Sequence record: DRR723986_9346 | Strand: one strand, 5' to 3' | DNA length: 20,000 nt | Part shown: one piece after another, positions 17,187-20,000 of the stretch | Layout of the letters: every line of letters starts with the position of its first letter | Position numbering within the stretch: position 1 is the first letter of the stretch | The notes under the pieces: model-generated | Databases searched by the model: none | Told to the model about the DNA's origin: nothing | Seen by the model: the letters and a program-made list of their open reading frames with translations, nothing else | Translations under genes and position numbers: made by a program

Positions 17187-17283
17187 GATAGTTCTTCGGG
17201 CAGCGTCAGACAACAGTAAATTCAATCAATCAAAAAACGGATAACTTAAAATAACAAGTTATCTTATTCAAAACCAATCAATT

Positions 17284-17325
17284 AAAAGCCATTTTAAATT
17301 CTATTTAGAGTTTGGGATGGTTTTT
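17284..17325 (+). terminator. Terminator-like hairpin with several G-U pairs
   Basis: AAAAGCCATTTTAAATTCT-attt-AGAGTTTGGGATGGTTTTT pairs fully only as plus-strand RNA. Confidence 0.6.
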
Positions 17326-17328
17326 GTA

Positions 17329-17336
17329 TATCTTTG
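17329..17336 (+). promoter_or_regulatory. Bacteroidota -7 promoter element for the second GIN gene
   Basis: TATCTTTG matches TAnnTTTG, just after the hairpin. Confidence 0.5.
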
Positions 17337-17402
17337 TTTAACAGCTTTAAAAGTGACCAATATTACTAATTGTGTCCTATTTAAAGAAAATAGTTATAAT
17401 AA

Positions 17403-18239
17403 ATGAAGAAAATATTACTTGTTCTGATTTTAATGATTACAGGCGGTTTTACAGTAAACGCACAATCAACAGAAAAAATTAAAGGTGACAGAAATGTAAC
17501 CATTAAGCAAACCTACATTGACGAATTTGATACTATTATTATTAATGGAGACTTTTCAATTGAAATTGTTTACAATAGTCAACCATCTGTAGAAATTGAA
17601 GCTGATGATAACTTACATGACGTTATTCAATTTGAAGTCGTTGACGGAACCTTAACTTTTGTAGAAACCATGCGCATAACTTCTAAAAAGCGCTTAAATA
17701 TTACTGTAAATTATGGAGATGCCTTGCAGAACATAGTAATTAAAAATGATGGTGAGATTAGGTCTTTAACTTCTATGGAACTTGGAAACGCATCTTTAAC
17801 TACAACAGATAATGCTAGAGCATACTTAAATATAAATGCTAAGAACTTTATTTATAAAAGTTCTGGCAAATCTAAAACCCGATTAAACTTAACAGCTGAC
17901 TATACAAAAGTTGAACTTAGTGACAATAGTAAATTAGATGCACTGATAAATAGTAAAGTTGCTGATTTTGATTTGTATTTAAGATCAGATGCAGTTATCG
18001 AAGGGACTTCAAGTACATCCGTTATAAGATTAGATAATTCTACAAATTTTAATGGTGGTAAATTCGATGTTAAAACTGTTAATGCTACATTAGATGATAA
18101 TAGTGACTTAACAATTTCCGCTGGAGATAGCATTACGATTGACGCCGCAGGTGATAGCGAAATTTATCTTTATGGTAGTCCTGCAATAACTATTACTAAA
18201 TTTGAAGATACTGCAAAACTCCAGAAAAAGAAACGCTAA
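17403..18239 (+). CDS. GIN/DUF2807 domain exported protein
   Basis: Signal peptide ending 'VNAQ', 'EKIKGDRNVT', 'VEIEADDNLHDVI.FEV.DG.L', beta-solenoid repeats, 'IYLYGSP.I'. Confidence 0.85.
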   Translation: MKKILLVLILMITGGFTVNAQSTEKIKGDRNVTIKQTYIDEFDTIIINGDFSIEIVYNSQPSVEIEADDNLHDVIQFEVVDGTLTFVETMRITSKKRLNITVNYGDALQNIVIKNDGEIRSLTSMELGNASLTTTDNARAYLNINAKNFIYKSSGKSKTRLNLTADYTKVELSDNSKLDALINSKVADFDLYLRSDAVIEGTSSTSVIRLDNSTNFNGGKFDVKTVNATLDDNSDLTISAGDSITIDAAGDSEIYLYGSPAITITKFEDTAKLQKKKR

Positions 18240-18253
18240 TACTTAATCAAATA

Positions 18254-18296
18254 AAACAAAAAAGCCGAAGTACTAATTACTTCGGCTTTTTTGTTT
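18254..18296. terminator. Bidirectional terminator
   Basis: AAACAAAAAAGCCGAAGTA-ctaat-TACTTCGGCTTTTTTGTTT (19-bp perfect stem) between convergent genes. Confidence 0.92.
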
Positions 18297-18308
18297 AGTG
18301 ATTAAATC

Positions 18309-19292
18309 TTAGTTGTATGTAGGTGTAGAAACCTCAAAATCTGCTTCTTTAGCCGCTAAATAGCGTTCTGCATCTAAGGCCGCCATACATCCAGTACCTG
18401 CAGCAGTTATCGCTTGTCTATAAACATGATCTGCTGCATCTCCACTTACAAAAACACCATCAACATTGGTTTTACTTGTTCCAGGTACAGCATTGATAAT
18501 GTAACCTGTTTCATCTAAATCTAAATAGTCCTTAAAAATATCTGTATTAGGTTTATGACCGATAGCCACAAAAAAACCAGTCGCAGGTATTTCAAACTTC
18601 TCATTGCTTTGATTATTAAAAACACGCACACCAGTAACTACTTGTCCATCTCCTAGAACTTCATCGGTTTCTGTATTGTATAGAATTTCTATATTCTCAG
18701 TGTTTTTAACACGATTAGCCATTATTTTTGAAGCTCTAAACTCATCTCTTCTCACTAACATCGTAACTTTTTTACATAGTTTAGATAAATAATGAGCTTC
18801 TTCGCAAGCAGAATCACCAGCACCTACAATAACGACTTCCTGATTTCTATAAAAGAATCCATCACATACAGCACATGCAGACACACCTCCACCAAGTTTT
18901 AAATACTTTTGCTCAGATGGTAATCCAAGATATTTAGCAGAAGCTCCTGTCGAAATTATTATTGTCGATGCATGTATTTCCGTTTCTTCATTCACCCAAA
19001 CTTTATGTACATCACCAGAGAAATCAACCTTCGTTATCCAACCATGACGAACATCGGTTCCAAATCGTTCTGCTTGTTTTTGTAATTGAATCATCATTTC
19101 TGGTCCGGTTATACCATCTGGATAGCCAGGAAAATTTTCAACATCGTTTGTCGTTGTTAATTGCCCACCTGGTTGTTCACCTTGATATAATACTGGAGCC
19201 ATATTTGCTCTGGAAGCATAAATTGCAGCGGTATAGCCAGCCGGTCCAGAACCTATTATTAAGCATTTTACTTTTTCTATTGTTTCAGACAT
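18309..19292 (-). CDS. trxB: Thioredoxin-disulfide reductase
   Basis: 'IIGSGPAGYTAAIYASRA', 'GGQLTTT..VENFPG', active site 'SACAVCDG', 'GDSACEEA', 'RQAITAAG.GC.AALDAERYL'. Start taken as the ATG at 19292 because the ORF-track TTG (19316) lies inside a -7 element. Confidence 0.97.
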   Translation of the reverse strand: MSETIEKVKCLIIGSGPAGYTAAIYASRANMAPVLYQGEQPGGQLTTTNDVENFPGYPDGITGPEMMIQLQKQAERFGTDVRHGWITKVDFSGDVHKVWVNEETEIHASTIIISTGASAKYLGLPSEQKYLKLGGGVSACAVCDGFFYRNQEVVIVGAGDSACEEAHYLSKLCKKVTMLVRRDEFRASKIMANRVKNTENIEILYNTETDEVLGDGQVVTGVRVFNNQSNEKFEIPATGFFVAIGHKPNTDIFKDYLDLDETGYIINAVPGTSKTNVDGVFVSGDAADHVYRQAITAAGTGCMAALDAERYLAAKEADFEVSTPTYN

Positions 19293-19313
19293 AAATAGTA
19301 TTTTATTACTAAA

Positions 19314-19321
19314 CAAAAGTA
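19314..19321 (-). promoter_or_regulatory. Bacteroidota -7 element of trxB
   Basis: TACTTTTG on the minus strand, 21 bp upstream of the ATG at 19292. Confidence 0.65.
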
Positions 19322-19451
19322 GGTTTTTTGACTAAATCCTTACAGAGAAGTTATCAACACTAACTATAGAATTATTAATAATATAAATACCATCAAAAAT
19401 TGCAATAATTTTCGTAATTTATATCTGTGTAACAGCTAAATCAAAAGAATC

Positions 19452-19934
19452 ATGAAAATCAAAATCCTTTTTTTCTGCTTGGCGTTTGTGTTTATATCTT
19501 CTTGCAAAGATGAAACAGAAACAGAATCAAATACAGAAATAACAAATCATGAAGTAGAAACTGAAATTTCTAATGGGCTTAAAGGGACATGGGAGTTAAC
19601 AGGGTTCTATAACTACAAAGACAATATGGTAGTTGATTCATTTAAAACCTCATCAAATTCTCGCCAACTAAAAATGTACACTGACACTAAAGTAATGTGG
19701 TGTAAACATAGACCAGCAGATTCTTCGGAATGGTTTGGGTATGGTACTTATAGTTACAAAAATGACACTCTAGTTGAAATTTTAGATTTTGGTTCAATGG
19801 TAATGGAAGAAGTCATAGCTGAGAAAAAACAGTTTAAATTTGAATTGCAATTACAGCCTAATCATTTTCAGCAAATTGAGTTAGATGAAGATGGAAACAG
19901 AATTTATTCTGAAAACTACGTAAGAGTTGAATAA
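19452..19934 (+). CDS. Lipoprotein with lipocalin-like / DUF4488-like beta-barrel
   Basis: Lipobox 'FISSC'; 'LKGTWEL' motif; 'GYGTYSY..DTLVE'. Confidence 0.7.
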   Translation: MKIKILFFCLAFVFISSCKDETETESNTEITNHEVETEISNGLKGTWELTGFYNYKDNMVVDSFKTSSNSRQLKMYTDTKVMWCKHRPADSSEWFGYGTYSYKNDTLVEILDFGSMVMEEVIAEKKQFKFELQLQPNHFQQIELDEDGNRIYSENYVRVE

Positions 19935-19959
19935 AAAAAGCCCAGTAGAACTGAGCTTT
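19933..19959 (-). terminator. Terminator downstream of the tRNA (possibly bidirectional)
   Basis: Minus strand AAAGCTCAGT-tct-ACTGGGCTTTTTTT. Confidence 0.7.
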
Positions 19960-19968
19960 AAAATTATT

Positions 19969-20000
19969 TGGTCGGGGTGGCAGGATTCGAACCTGCGACC
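19969..20000 (-). tRNA. 3' half of a tRNA, probably tRNA-Pro (truncated at window edge)
   Basis: Minus strand GGTCGCAGGTTCGAATCCTGCCACCCCGACCA: T-arm GCAGG-TTCGAAT-CCTGC, acceptor strand CACCCCG, discriminator A and encoded CCA. CCCGACCA is typical of bacterial tRNA-Pro; the anticodon is outside the window. Confidence 0.85.

Noticed and set aside
17353-17376. GTGACC...TGTGTC as a third copy of the ECF motif
   Set aside because: The -35-like part and spacing do not match the 31-bp repeat.
4906-19294. Other short ORFs nested in real genes (4906-5187, 11072-11257, 13237-13434, 14941-15216, 15286-15489, 15490-15687, 17900-18133, 18962-19294)
   Set aside because: Antisense or out-of-frame shadows with no independent initiation signals or family motifs.
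19293-19316. N-terminal extension MFSNKILF of TrxB from the TTG start
   Set aside because: The TTG is part of the TACTTTTG -7 promoter element; the ATG at 19292 fits better.
19340-19395. Possible OxyR site upstream of trxB
   Set aside because: Only partial ATAG/CTAT matches (e.g. ATCA-N7-CTAT) without the phased array; not distinguishable from AT-rich background.
1-20000. CRISPR array, prophage, integrase or transposase
   Set aside because: No regularly spaced repeats or mobile-element protein motifs seen.

Overview
AT-rich chromosomal window from a Bacteroidota (Flavobacteriaceae-like) bacterium, judged from the gene set and the TAnnTTTG promoter elements. In order it contains: (1) the 3' part of a membrane-protein/DUF4129/DUF4350/MoxR AAA+/DUF58 operon; (2) a DUF2141 exported protein; (3) an ECF sigma-FecR-TonB-dependent transducer signalling module, divergent from an extremely acidic, Cys-rich lipoprotein with two Kazal-like modules; (4) oxyR, a small hypothetical, TIGR00266/AIM24 and DUF4442; (5) a DUF4870-padR-pspC-2x GIN(DUF2807) envelope-stress cluster; (6) trxB, a lipoprotein and the 3' end of a tRNA-Pro. 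The most striking signal is a 31-bp near-perfect inverted repeat (30/31) bracketing the ECF sigma gene, with one copy directly upstream of fecR and the other directly upstream of the lipoprotein. These may be twin ECF promoters and/or the ends of an invertible segment. The mature lipoprotein has one Arg, no Lys, no His and 20 Cys. Other observations: a probable premature TGA in the first GIN gene, a 12-codon uORF overlapping the padR start, candidate OxyR/PadR/LytTR sites, a perfect 26-bp palindrome and a recurrent intergenic ATCAATCAA motif. Family names come from motif recognition only; no database search was run.
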